Assembly (NCBI GenBank): GCA_964553465.1
Contig: CAZKMG010000001.1
Coordinates: 17,539 to 46,371 of the forward strand
Source of the DNA: an uncultured Bacteroidaceae bacterium
GTDB taxonomy: Bacteria; Bacteroidota; Bacteroidia; Bacteroidales; GCA-2748055
Direction: 5' to 3'
Length of the DNA stretch: 28,833 bases
This document shows positions 9,644 to 20,600 of this stretch, piece by piece. Under the pieces are notes generated by a model. That model was not told the origin of the DNA. It did no database searches and saw only the letters and a program-made list of their open reading frames with translations. Each line of letters begins with the position of its first letter. Within the stretch, counting starts at the first letter, position 1. Position numbers and translations under genes: made by a program.

Positions 9644-10500
9644 AAATTAGCATTGAAGAGAAATCCGGGTTTTGCGTTGGAGTGCTCAGGGTGGTTGAAC
9701 TTGCTGAAAACATTCTGGATCAAGGGGGTGAACTATATTGTTTAGGTCAAATAGTCCATAATGAATCGGAAGTGAAAAGGTTGGTTAATAAGGGCTTAAA
9801 ACTAATAACTCATAATGATCTTCCTCATTTGCACAACTGCAAACTCTTATTACGGGCTCATGGTGAACCACCTGAAACTTATGAGATTGCCAGGAAAAAC
9901 AACATTGAGATTATAGATGGCACCTGTTTTATTGTTAAAAAAATTCAAAACAGAATTAAAAAAGATGATGTTGGGCAAGAAAAAATAATTATTTACGGTA
10001 AGATCAATCATCCGGAAGTGAAGGGATTAAGGGCACAGGTTAAAGACAATGCAGAGATAATCGGAACTTTAGAGGAGGCTAAAAATATACCACTTTCCGG
10101 GAAGGTTCATTTATATGCACAAACTACAATGGATCCTGAAAAGTACAATAATATTGCTTCTTTATTAAAAATGAGGTTGAAAAATGAAGGTGGTGAATTA
10201 AAAATTAATCATACAATTTGCGGACAAGTATCTCACAGAAAACCCGGGCTGGTTAAATTTGCGAAGGAAAATGATTTGCTTATTTTCATGGCAGGAAGTA
10301 ACAGTTCAAATGGCAGAATGTTGTTTGAAGCATGTAAAGCTGAAAACGATCGGTGTTATTATATAACGGATCATCAGGAAATTAAAAAGGAATGGTTCAG
10401 TAATGTTGAAAGTGTAGGAATAACAGGAGCCACTTCAACACCACGATGGCAGATAAAAAATGCTTATGAAAGAGTAAAAAAATTGACAAAAAACGAATAA
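9640..10500 (+). CDS. ispH: 4-hydroxy-3-methylbut-2-enyl diphosphate reductase
   Basis: Three Fe-S Cys (GFCVGV, DGTCFIV, TICGQV), VHN, RAHGEPP, AQTT, SSNG and GITGATSTP. 4-nt ATGA overlap with cmk. Confidence 0.96.
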   Translation: MKISIEEKSGFCVGVLRVVELAENILDQGGELYCLGQIVHNESEVKRLVNKGLKLITHNDLPHLHNCKLLLRAHGEPPETYEIARKNNIEIIDGTCFIVKKIQNRIKKDDVGQEKIIIYGKINHPEVKGLRAQVKDNAEIIGTLEEAKNIPLSGKVHLYAQTTMDPEKYNNIASLLKMRLKNEGGELKINHTICGQVSHRKPGLVKFAKENDLLIFMAGSNSSNGRMLFEACKAENDRCYYITDHQEIKKEWFSNVESVGITGATSTPRWQIKNAYERVKKLTKNE

Positions 10501-10753
10501 TACACATACCTTATCCGATTAAATGAATAACCATTTGTTATTTAATAGATTGTAATTTAATGGATTATAAAATGTTGAGATAAGCAATTTTCTCAGAAGA
10601 AAAATATTTAAGAAAAAGTATTTTAAATATGGGATTGATTTTGCCTCAACTATATGAAGTTTCTGGAAAGTATTAATAAATGTTTATGTTAAATCCTTAG
10701 TGAGTGATTTAATAATAATTTTATTTTCAGTTTATTTTAGAAAATAACCTTTT

Positions 10754-11737
10754 ATGGGAAAAATTAAAAAAATAGGTGTATTAACATCAGGGGGTGATTC
10801 ACCTGGTATGAATGCCGCTATAAGGGGAGTAACCCGAGCGGCTATTTATAATAAAATGGAATTTATAGGAATACGTCATGGTTACCATGGTATGATAAAT
10901 GGTCATTTTAAGGAACTTAAAGCCCACAATGTAAGTGATATTTTACAACGTGGAGGCACTATTTTAAAAACAGCCAGAAGCGCTGAATTCCGGACCGTAG
11001 AAGGAAGGAAAATAGCCTATGAAAACCTTAAACGGGAAGGAATTGATGCTGTTGTAGTTATAGGTGGGGATGGCTCACTATCAGGTGCAAGAGTATTTTG
11101 TGACGAATATTTTGATATTACTTTCGTGGGTATTCCCGGTACAATTGATAATGATATATTTGGTACAGATTATAGCATAGGGTATGATACTGCATTAAAT
11201 ACCGTGGTTGAGGCCATCGACAAGATCAGGGACACTGCCAGCAGTCATGATCGTTTATTTTTCATTGAAGTTATGGGCAGAGATGCAGGTTTTATTGCGC
11301 TTGACAGCGGAATTGCCTGTGGAGCTGAGGCTATCTTTGTACCAGAGTTGAAAAATCAGGTTGCAGGACTTAAAGATTTTCTTGAGAAGGGATTTAAACG
11401 CAGAAAATCCAGCAATATTATCATTGTTGCTGAAGGAGATGATGAAGGTGGTGCCATGACTATTGCATCGAAAGTTAAGGAAGATTTTAAGGATTATGAT
11501 GTCAGGGTTTCCATCCTGGGTCATATCCAGCGGGGAGGGACCCCTTCAGCTTATGACCGTGTAATGGCCAGTAAGTTTGGATACTATGCGGTTGAAGCAT
11601 TAATTGAAGACCAGAAAAGTGTAATGATAGGTATTAAGGAGAATGAAATTGTTCTTATCCCTTTCAGTAAAGTGATTAAAACTCATAAATCGGTTGAAAT
11701 GTCTGCCCTTGAGATGGCAGAAATATTATCCTTATAA
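10754..11737 (+). CDS. pfkA: ATP-dependent 6-phosphofructokinase
   Basis: TSGGDSPGMNAAIR, GGDGS and PGTIDND (the Gly residues diagnostic of ATP rather than PPi use), EVMGRDAG, and LGHIQRGG. Confidence 0.97.
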   Translation: MGKIKKIGVLTSGGDSPGMNAAIRGVTRAAIYNKMEFIGIRHGYHGMINGHFKELKAHNVSDILQRGGTILKTARSAEFRTVEGRKIAYENLKREGIDAVVVIGGDGSLSGARVFCDEYFDITFVGIPGTIDNDIFGTDYSIGYDTALNTVVEAIDKIRDTASSHDRLFFIEVMGRDAGFIALDSGIACGAEAIFVPELKNQVAGLKDFLEKGFKRRKSSNIIIVAEGDDEGGAMTIASKVKEDFKDYDVRVSILGHIQRGGTPSAYDRVMASKFGYYAVEALIEDQKSVMIGIKENEIVLIPFSKVIKTHKSVEMSALEMAEILSL

Positions 11738-11990
11738 TAAAAGTGTATTTATAATATATCTTCAAAAGATACATTTATAGCTTAATAATTTCCCGGGGAT
11801 AACAATCCGTGAGATTTGTATTAATAAATCAATAAACAGGAAATAAAAATATACACAGCTTTCTTCTTAAGAAATATGGACTTTAAGTATGAAATATAAG
11901 ATCCATCTTTGCATATAAAACCATGAAAAGCTGTTTGAAAATATATATATCCAATCCTTTTAACATTTTTTATTTCTCATACCTTAATCC

Positions 11991-14462
11991 ATGATAAATC
12001 CTGAGATATACGCTGATATTATCCTTCCCATTCCGCTACCTCAGGAGTACACTTACTTTGTCCCGGCTGAAATGGAATCCCATATTACTCCGGGCAAGAG
12101 GGTGATCGTTCAGTTTGGATCCCGAAAGTTATATACAGGGATTATCCTGAAAATACATACAAATAATCCTGGTATTGCCGGCGTGAAAAGCATTATTTCC
12201 CTGTTAGATGAAAAACCTATTGTAAATGATATCCAACTTTTATTCTGGAGATGGATGTCAGATTATTATATGTGTTCCATCGGGGAGGTTTATAAGTCAG
12301 CCCTGCCTTCCGGCCTTAAACTTGAAAGTGAATCACATGTATTTCCAAATGATCATTTCAATTCGAATGAATTGGCTGGTACCGATCTGGATATTATTTA
12401 TAAAGCTATCCAGAAAAATCCCGGGATAAAATTAAGAGAGTTATCTAAAATCTTTCGTAATAAGAATTTATTTGTTCAGCTCAAGCAATTAATTTATCTT
12501 AATGCAACTTATTTAATGGAAAAGTTGCATGAGATCCGGAGCGTAAAAACCAGGGCAGTTCTCCTTCTTCATCCAAACCTGCAAACCGGAAAGGAATTAG
12601 ATAAAGCTTTTAGTACATTATCCGCGGCACCAAAACAAAAAGAAGCCCTTAAAAAGATTGTTAGCATTTCAACAAATAGCCGGAAAGAGATCCTTCCAGT
12701 AGAAATACCTGTATCTGATTTATCTAAATTATTCACTCAGGGAATATTGAAATCATTAATATTAAAAGGTTTTATAATAAAAGAAGAGAGGGAACTTAAT
12801 CCACCGAGTTACAGTTTTGATGAAATAAGAGATCTACAAGAACTAAGTGCTGCTCAGGATCATGCCCTTAAATCAATTAAAGATAAATTTCTTCATAAGG
12901 ATGTCGTCCTGTTACATGGAATAACCTCCAGCGGTAAAACTGAAATATATATTCATCTTATCCAAGATACTATAAAAGAGGGGAGACAGGTATTATATCT
13001 CTTGCCTGAAATTGCCATAACAACTCAAATTATCAACAGGTTAAGAAAAGTATTTGGAAATAAAGTCGGAATATATCACAGCAGATTTTCAGACAGTGAA
13101 AGGATCAGTGTATATAATAAGATGGCAGGGGTTAACAGGGAGGAGTACGACATTATTCTGGGCGTCAGGTCAGCGATATTTCTCCCATTCCGGGACCTGG
13201 GATTAATTATTGTTGATGAAGAACATGAGAATACCTATAAGCAATTTGATCCGGCCCCAAGATATCATGCCAGGGATTCTGCAATAATCCTTGCCTCATT
13301 TTGCAAAGCGAAAGTTCTTTTAGGGACAGCAACACCTTCCATAGAGACTTATTCTAATTGTCTCCGTGGTAAATATGAAAAAGTTATACTAAAGGAAAGG
13401 TATGGAAATATTAGGCTTCCAGAGATCCTCATTTCGGATATAATAGACGCAAGAAAAAGAAAAACAATGCAATCGTTTTTCACACCCTCCCTGGTGAAAG
13501 CAATGGAAAGTACTTTTAAAAAAGGGAAACAGGTCATCCTTTTTCAGAACCGTCGGGGATATTCATCCTTTATCGAATGCGATACATGTGGATGGATTCC
13601 ACGCTGCAAAACCTGTGATGTTAGCCTTATTTATCATAAATTCAATAATTCCCTTGTTTGTCATTATTGCGGATATACACAAAAAGTATCTGACAAATGT
13701 GGTAATTGTGAGAATACAAAGATGATAACCAAAGGTTTTGGTACAGAAAGAATTGAAGACGAAATAGGATTTATTTTTCCCGGAATTAAAGTAGCAAGAT
13801 TAGACCTTGATACAACAAGGGCAAAAAATTCATACGAGAAAATACTTGAGGATTTTGGGCAGGGACATATTGATGTTTTAGTCGGAACACAGATGATTTC
13901 CAAAGGTCTTGATTTTGAAAATGTTTTACTTGTAGGGATATTGGATGCTGATCAGATGCTTAATTATCCTGATTTCAGGGCATATGAACGAAGTTATCAA
14001 CTCATGGCGCAGGTTAGTGGAAGAGCAGGCAGAAAAGATGAAAGAGGAGAGGTAATCATACAAACCAAAGATCCGGCCAATTCAATCATAAGATTTGTTA
14101 AGGAAAATGACTTCAATTCCATGTTTGAACAACAATTGAAAGAAAGGCAGGCATTTAAATATCCCCCATTCGTAAGAATGATAAAAATCTCTCTTCGACA
14201 TAAAGACTTAATTTTTTTAACTAAAGCTGCCAGATCACTTTCAGATGAATTGAGGTTAATATTCGGAAATCGTGTATTAGGACCTCAAGCTCCACTGGTT
14301 GGGAGAGTCAGTAATTATTATATCATCGATATAATCCTGAAAATTGAAAAACAGTCATCTTTTCAAAAAGCAAAAGGATTGGTGAAAAAAATTTTATCAG
14401 ATGCGGACAATGTCTTCGGGACCAGAGGATTAAAATTTACGGTGGATGTTGATCCCTTTTAG
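11991..14462 (+). CDS. priA: Primosomal protein N' (replication restart helicase)
   Basis: GKRVIVQFG, Walker A HGITSSGKTEIY, DEEHE, ATPS, two CxxC pairs (CDTCG..CKTC, CHYCG..CGNC), QMISKGLDF and QVSGRAGR. Confidence 0.97.
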   Translation: MINPEIYADIILPIPLPQEYTYFVPAEMESHITPGKRVIVQFGSRKLYTGIILKIHTNNPGIAGVKSIISLLDEKPIVNDIQLLFWRWMSDYYMCSIGEVYKSALPSGLKLESESHVFPNDHFNSNELAGTDLDIIYKAIQKNPGIKLRELSKIFRNKNLFVQLKQLIYLNATYLMEKLHEIRSVKTRAVLLLHPNLQTGKELDKAFSTLSAAPKQKEALKKIVSISTNSRKEILPVEIPVSDLSKLFTQGILKSLILKGFIIKEERELNPPSYSFDEIRDLQELSAAQDHALKSIKDKFLHKDVVLLHGITSSGKTEIYIHLIQDTIKEGRQVLYLLPEIAITTQIINRLRKVFGNKVGIYHSRFSDSERISVYNKMAGVNREEYDIILGVRSAIFLPFRDLGLIIVDEEHENTYKQFDPAPRYHARDSAIILASFCKAKVLLGTATPSIETYSNCLRGKYEKVILKERYGNIRLPEILISDIIDARKRKTMQSFFTPSLVKAMESTFKKGKQVILFQNRRGYSSFIECDTCGWIPRCKTCDVSLIYHKFNNSLVCHYCGYTQKVSDKCGNCENTKMITKGFGTERIEDEIGFIFPGIKVARLDLDTTRAKNSYEKILEDFGQGHIDVLVGTQMISKGLDFENVLLVGILDADQMLNYPDFRAYERSYQLMAQVSGRAGRKDERGEVIIQTKDPANSIIRFVKENDFNSMFEQQLKERQAFKYPPFVRMIKISLRHKDLIFLTKAARSLSDELRLIFGNRVLGPQAPLVGRVSNYYIIDIILKIEKQSSFQKAKGLVKKILSDADNVFGTRGLKFTVDVDPF

Positions 14463-14641
14463 CCCTCATTCACTTTCCGATTTGGAGGAGGTTAAGTTTG
14501 GTAATCAACTCAGGATTATATTAAATGAATTAAATTTTTAATCCGGATTGCGCCACAATAAAGATCATCTTTGTCTTATATTTATTGACGATCGTGGATT
14601 AAAAAATGATATATTTGTTAAAAACTGTGAAAATTCCTTTT

Positions 14642-15655
14642 ATGTTTAAAAATATTGATCCTGATAAACTTTTTAAGAGATTTAAAAAGTTCAAAGTACT
14701 GATTATCGGGGATGTAATGATTGATACTTACTTATGGGGACGAGTTGACCGGGTATCTCCGGAAGCACCTGTTCCTATTGTTGGGAACGTACATGTTGAA
14801 AAACGATTAGGAGGGGCAGCCAATGTTGCTCTTAATGTTAAAGCGATGGGTGCTGTTCCTATCCTTTGTTCTGTTATTGGTAATGATAAGAGGGGTAAGG
14901 AACTTATTGATTTGTTAAATGTCCAGAACCTTACTGATGTTGGGATACAAATTGATAAAAAAAGAATTACAACCCAGAAAACCAGAGTCATCAGTGGAAA
15001 TCAACATTTATTAAGAGTAGATGAGGAAATGGATGCCTATATTAATTCAGTTTCTGAATTGAAGATGATAGAGTTTACTGAAAATATGGTATCCGAAGGC
15101 AAAATAGATTCGATCATTTTCCAGGATTATGACAAAGGTGTTATTACTCCCAAGCTGATTTTAGAGGTCATTAACATTGCCAATAAAAAGAACATTCCTG
15201 TTCTGGTTGATCCGAAAAAAAGGAATTTTATGTTGTATGAAAATGCCACACTTTTTAAACCTAATTTTAAGGAACTCGTTCAGGGGATTAAAGCAGACAT
15301 CGATAAGCACGATCTTGAAGGTATTGCAGGAGCGATGGAAAGCCTGCGAATGAAGAAAAATCATCAAATGATTATGGTAACACTTTCTGAAATGGGGATA
15401 ATGATTAACGATAAAGATGAGTACCATCATATTTCTTCTGAAATAAGAGATATTGCTGATGTTTCAGGTGCCGGAGACAGTGTTATCAGTTTGGCAAGTC
15501 TTTGTTTATCGGCCGAATTAAAACCGGTTGAGGTTGCAGCAATTTCGAATATTGCCGGAGGGCAGGTATGCGAAAGAGCCGGGGTGGTCCCTGTTGATAA
15601 GATCCAATTGATGGATGAGTTAAAGGCCTTAATCAGTGAAGATATCCTGGATTAA
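14642..15655 (+). CDS. rfaE1: Stand-alone RfaE/HldE domain-I D-glycero-D-manno-heptose-7-phosphate kinase (PfkB family)
   Basis: IGDVMID.Y.WG.V.RVSPEAPVP, GGAANVALN, DYDKG, LVDPK, FKPNFKE and DVSGAGDSV. No C-terminal adenylyltransferase domain. An alternative start exists at 14606. Confidence 0.85.
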   Translation: MFKNIDPDKLFKRFKKFKVLIIGDVMIDTYLWGRVDRVSPEAPVPIVGNVHVEKRLGGAANVALNVKAMGAVPILCSVIGNDKRGKELIDLLNVQNLTDVGIQIDKKRITTQKTRVISGNQHLLRVDEEMDAYINSVSELKMIEFTENMVSEGKIDSIIFQDYDKGVITPKLILEVINIANKKNIPVLVDPKKRNFMLYENATLFKPNFKELVQGIKADIDKHDLEGIAGAMESLRMKKNHQMIMVTLSEMGIMINDKDEYHHISSEIRDIADVSGAGDSVISLASLCLSAELKPVEVAAISNIAGGQVCERAGVVPVDKIQLMDELKALISEDILD

Positions 15656-15767
15656 TCGAGGGTATATGTTTTTATTCCAAAGGAAAAAAAATTCTCTTGA
15701 AAAATGAATAAGTAAGTACATAAGCATGACACGTTACCAACTACAACTTAAAATAAATCTTTAAGCC

Positions 15768-16379
15768 ATGAAAATTAAAAAAATATCTGCAATTTCATTT
15801 TTTGTTATTTTGTTTTCCTGTACAAGTACACCAGATAAAAATCCTCAGAACTGGACTTCGGACCAGCTTAACCAATGGTTTGATGCAGGAAAATGGCTTC
15901 AAGGATGGAATGTTTTACCTGATGAGTCAATTAACAGAAAAGAATTTGCCATTCAGTATTATAAGAATAAAGAGCGGTGGGATAAAGCATTTTCTTTTCT
16001 TAACTCATCAAACATTGATACAATTAATCCGGGAACAACTGAGCTTATGGGGAATGATCTTTTTGCAAGTGTAAGTGAATATACAACAAAAAATCCCGAG
16101 GATGCACGCTTTGAAGTTCACCGGTCCTATGCAGACATTCAGTATGTTTTGAAAGGAAAGGAATATATTAACATTATGAAGTTTGATAACACAGTTAAAT
16201 CAGGCCCTTATAACCAGGAGAAAGATATTGCTTTTATCCAGGCAGAGGGGGGGGCGCTGAGATTAGCAAACCCTGAACGTTTTTTCATATTTTTCCCTGA
16301 TGATGCTCATAGTCCTGGCATAAAAATAGACACAAATTCTTTTGTGAAGAAAATTGTTGTAAAGGTCAGAATTAATTAA
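15768..16379 (+). CDS. YhcH/YjgK/YiaL (NanQ/TabA-like) family protein with a lipoprotein signal peptide
   Basis: FEVHRSYADIQYVLKGKE and FFIFFPDDAHSP cupin-like motifs. SpII signal ending ILFSC. Its stop shares TTAA (16376-16379) with the metA stop. Confidence 0.88.
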   Translation: MKIKKISAISFFVILFSCTSTPDKNPQNWTSDQLNQWFDAGKWLQGWNVLPDESINRKEFAIQYYKNKERWDKAFSFLNSSNIDTINPGTTELMGNDLFASVSEYTTKNPEDARFEVHRSYADIQYVLKGKEYINIMKFDNTVKSGPYNQEKDIAFIQAEGGALRLANPERFFIFFPDDAHSPGIKIDTNSFVKKIVVKVRIN

Positions 16380-17284
16380 ACCCAGTCATAAGGAGTCTCC
16401 TGGTAAATGTAATAGTTCAGCCAGTTTGAAAAAAGCAGGCTGGCATGTGCCCGCCATCGAACAACAGGCTTTTCGTCAGGATTGTTGTGTAAAAAATAGT
16501 TTTCAGGGATGTCAATGGAAAGTCCTTTAGCTTTGTCTCGCTCGTACTCAGTTTTCAGAGTATCGTCATTGTATTCAAGATGACCTGAAACAAAAATCTG
16601 TTTTCCATCTTTTGATATAACAATATTTGCCCCCACTTTATCGGAATAAGCAACTAATATTAAGTCAGGATGATTTTTCAGGTCTTCAAGCCGATTTTCC
16701 GTATAACGTGAATGAGGGGCAGGGAAAATATCATCGAATCCGCGGACAAGTGGAATTTTAGGATCAGTAATGTAATGATCAAAAACTCCGAATGCTTTTT
16801 TGGGCAATGGGTATTTTCCGATTCCGTAATGATAGTATAATCCGGCTTGTGATCCCCAGCAAATATGCATTGTATTAGTGACATTTGTTCTACTCCAGGC
16901 CATCACTTCACATAAATCATCCCAATAATCTACTTCTTCAAATTCAAGCAATTCCACCGGAGCTCCGTTAATGATCAATCCATCGTATTTAAATTGCTTA
17001 ATCTGGTCGAAAGTTTTATAAAAAACTTCAAGATGCTCCCTGGGCGTGTTTTTAGAATGATGTTTGTCCATAAAAAACAATTCCAGTTCAACTTGTAATG
17101 AAGTGTTTGAAATGATTCTTATTAAGTCGGTTTCTGCCACAATTTTCACAGGCATCAGGTTACATAATGCTATTCGTAATGGCCGAATATCCTGATGTAT
17201 GGCTCGATTTTCCTCCATAATAAAGATATTCTCATTCTTCAGCACCTTTATTGCCGGTAAATTATTTGGAACATTTAATGGCAT
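16376..17284 (-). CDS. metA: Homoserine O-acyltransferase, MetA family (acetyl-CoA type predicted)
   Basis: DIRPLRIA..NLMP.K, YDGLIINGAPVE, catalytic ICWG and GHLEY, PHSRYT, and WRAHASLLFSNWLNY. Confidence 0.96.
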   Translation of the reverse strand: MPLNVPNNLPAIKVLKNENIFIMEENRAIHQDIRPLRIALCNLMPVKIVAETDLIRIISNTSLQVELELFFMDKHHSKNTPREHLEVFYKTFDQIKQFKYDGLIINGAPVELLEFEEVDYWDDLCEVMAWSRTNVTNTMHICWGSQAGLYYHYGIGKYPLPKKAFGVFDHYITDPKIPLVRGFDDIFPAPHSRYTENRLEDLKNHPDLILVAYSDKVGANIVISKDGKQIFVSGHLEYNDDTLKTEYERDKAKGLSIDIPENYFLHNNPDEKPVVRWRAHASLLFSNWLNYYIYQETPYDWV

Positions 17285-17369
17285 TATTATAAAATATTAT
17301 ATGGATAATAATACGAATTTCTTATCTAAAACAACAAACCGGACAATATTGTTTTATAGTGAGAAATAA

Positions 17370-17528
17370 TAAACGCAATCAACCTGCGGCTGACACCAGA
17401 TCGCAAAGTCTGAAAAATTTTCAATTGTGTTTATTATTTGCGCCATGGTGTCCCTGCCAGCCAATGTAATTTGAACGGCTTTGCTCCGCTGAAGCATTAC
17501 TAAAGGAATGCAAGCAGGATGGCGTTTA
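17370..17528 (-). ncRNA. Candidate structured RNA (leader or sRNA) upstream of metA
   Basis: GC-rich island with nested complementary segments (see findings). G-U pairing in one stem favours the minus strand. No family recognised. Confidence 0.4.
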
Positions 17529-17603
17529 AGTTTATTAATGATAAAAAGTAATTGGCAAATTGTTTTCAAACTCACGTTAATTATACTTGAAAAATGCACA
17601 TGA

Positions 17604-20600
17604 TTATTTTGAATAAAGGATCCTTAAAATGCTTGGAAATACGATCAGCAACAATGGCAGGGCACAAATAAATCCTCCAATTACAGCAATGGCAAGGGGT
17701 TGATGTAATTGAGCACCTGTCCCGATGCCAAAGGCAAGAGGTGAAAGGGCTATGATAGCCCCTAAAGCGGTCATCAATTTTGGTCTGAGACGTGTTGATA
17801 TGGCATAATTGATTGCGGAATCCCTGTCAGATCCAACACTCTCCAGATTAGCCATGAATTGCTGAAAAGTAAATATTGCGTTTTCAGCAATTATTCCAAC
17901 AATCATAATGACACCAGTATAACTGCCGACATTGAGGGGAGTATGAGTGATGAAAAGAGCGATCCATGATCCTCCAATACCCAGTACTGCCATAAAAAGT
18001 ATCAGAAAAGCAATTCTTAGTTTTCTGAAAAGAAAAAGTAAAACAAGCAGAACCAGGAGGGAAGCAAGTATAAGAATTGTAAGTAATTCTTTAAAAGATG
18101 CTCGCTGTTCGGCAAAGGAACCTCCATATATAACCCCATAACCTTTAGGGAAATGTATGTTTTTCTTTATTTCCTGCTGGATATCTCTCATCACACTCCC
18201 AAGATCCCTGTTATTTAACCGGGCAGTGACTGCTATAATTGGTTCCATGTTTTCCCTTTCCTGCTCAGATACTCCCTTATGGGTTTCAATATCGGCAATT
18301 TCAGTAAGTGGAACTTGTTTTCCTCCTGGCAGGAAAATATCAGATTTTGAAAGATCGGTAGTATTCATTTTCGGTCCTTTTGGAAAGATCATCCGAATGT
18401 CCGTAAGTTGTTCTTTTTCCTGAATCGTGCCAACAATAACACCTGCAAGTTGAGTTTGTAATTCAAATTGAAGATCTTCCGGAGAAAGACCATATTTGTA
18501 TAACTGGTCATTTTTAGGTTTAATATTTATATTAGGACCGGCAATCACTATTCCATCAAAAACATCGGCGGTGCCGGGAGTATTTTCAACTATCTGGGCT
18601 ATTTCTTTTGCATAAGGTTCGAGTTTATTCCGGTCGTTTCCAAATACTTTTATCTCCACAGGTTGAACCGAACTCATCAGATCACCCAGCATATCGCCGA
18701 TAACCTGGCCAAAATCAATTATCAGAGCAGGAAGCTTCTGTTCAACCTTAAGACGGATGTCATTAATAACCTCATCTGTGCTACGGTTGCGGTTATGTGT
18801 TAATTCGATAAGATAGTCACCTCTGCTGGGTTCAGTAATAAAAAATCCCATTTGAGTACCCGTACGTCTTGAATATGAAATCACTTCAGGGGTCTGGAGA
18901 ACAATGCTGTCTACTTTCACGAGCATCATTTCTGTTTCTTCAATAGATGTGCCGGGAGGAGAATCAAAGTCAAGAACAATTGATCCCTCATCCATCTCAG
19001 GAAGAAACCCGGTCTCGAGTTTCGGGTAAATGAATAATGACCCGGCAATTAGAACTAAAATAAAGATGATTGAAATAGCAGGTTTATGAATGAAAAAATT
19101 GACCCACTTCCTTGTATGTATGCTATGCTTTGTTTTTATCTTAATTTTAATATACTTTGACAAAAATGTGTAGAGTGCAGGTAAGCAAATTGCAGTAACA
19201 AGAAAAGAACAGCTAAGTGTTATAATCATTGTGTACGCAAGAACTTTAAAATATGCACCGGCCACCCCGCTCATTAATGAGAATGGTATAAAGATCACGA
19301 TAGTACTAAGGGAAGACCCAATCATAGCTGGCAAAAGGAACTTAATCGCCTTTCCGGTAATAACCGGAACAGGCTCATCCGGATTTTCCTCATGTGTCCT
19401 GTGCATCTGTTCAATTACAACTATGGCATCATCAATTATAAGGCCGATTGCGGCTGCTATGGCCCCAATTGTCATTATGTTTAGCGTGTAATGTAATACC
19501 AGGAGCACCAGTAGGGTCGAACATAGTGTAATCGGAATAATAAGCAGAAGTGTGAGGTTGGCATTGGTTGACCTGAGGAATAATATGGCTATAAAAACCG
19601 CAAGGAATAATCCTACTACCAGTGCATCAAACAGGCTCCGAATGCTTCTTCCAACAAATTCAGCCTGATCATAATAGGGTTTAAGTATTACCCCCTCAGG
19701 AAGGATGCTTTTTAATTCGATAATTTTAGTTTTAATCTGCTCTGATAAGGTGATGATATTAGTATTTGGCTGACGTAAAATATTTATCAGTACTCCCTCC
19801 CGGCCATTAGCATTCACTTTAATATATTCAACCTTTTCAGATACTTTAACCAAACCTATATCTTTAATTCTCAATACCCTCCCTCCCGAAAATTGAATAA
19901 CAGTATTCTCAATACTTTCCTGATCATATAAACCTGCATCGGTAATGGTTAAGTATAATCTGCGATAATCGCTCATATACCCGTTCGACTGAATAAAGCC
20001 GGTCTTTTGGAGAGAATTACTGATATCCAGCGGGGTAATAGCTAGTTCAGTGAGCTTAACGGGATTTATTTCAATCCAGAATTCCTTTGTTTTTCCTCCC
20101 AGGACCAGTACCGCAGAAATACCGGGTATCTGTGACAAATAGGGTTTAATCGTGTATTCCCCAAGTTTCTTAAGTTCTATAAGGCTTTTGTTATCAGACT
20201 CCAGAGAATAGCCGAAGGATGTTAAAGTAGTCGGATCCATTCTCTCTACTGTAATTTTTGTATCCGGAGGTAAAATATTCCTGATTTCGGAAATCCTTGC
20301 TTCTACCTGCTGTAAACTGTTGTAGATGTCAGAGTCCCATTTCAGGAATGCTGAAATTTCACAACTTCCCCTGCTTGTGGTGCTTCGGAGTGTATTTAGC
20401 TGAGGAACAAGTTTTAATGCATTTTCAAGGGGTTTTGTAACAGTAATCATCATTTTGTCAACCGGTTGTTCCCCGTTATCCGCAATAATCTTAATTTTAG
20501 GAAATGTAATTTCCGGGAAAAGCGATATCTGAATGTTCTTATAAGCAAATATACCCCCGGCCAATATCAGGATAAGGCCAAATAAAATGGGAGTTTGAAA

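Noticed and set aside
17370-17528. Known SAM-I/SAM-II, TPP, cobalamin or c-di-GMP riboswitch
   Set aside because: The consensus cores (e.g. ATCnAGAG...GCAAC, CTGAGA...ATACC, GGGAA...GCCACTG) were not found by eye on either strand, so it is left as an unassigned candidate.
17354-17599. 81-aa ORF upstream of metA
   Set aside because: No recognisable motif, and it overlaps the structured GC-rich element that explains the composition better. A leader-peptide role is not supported (only two internal Met, not clustered).
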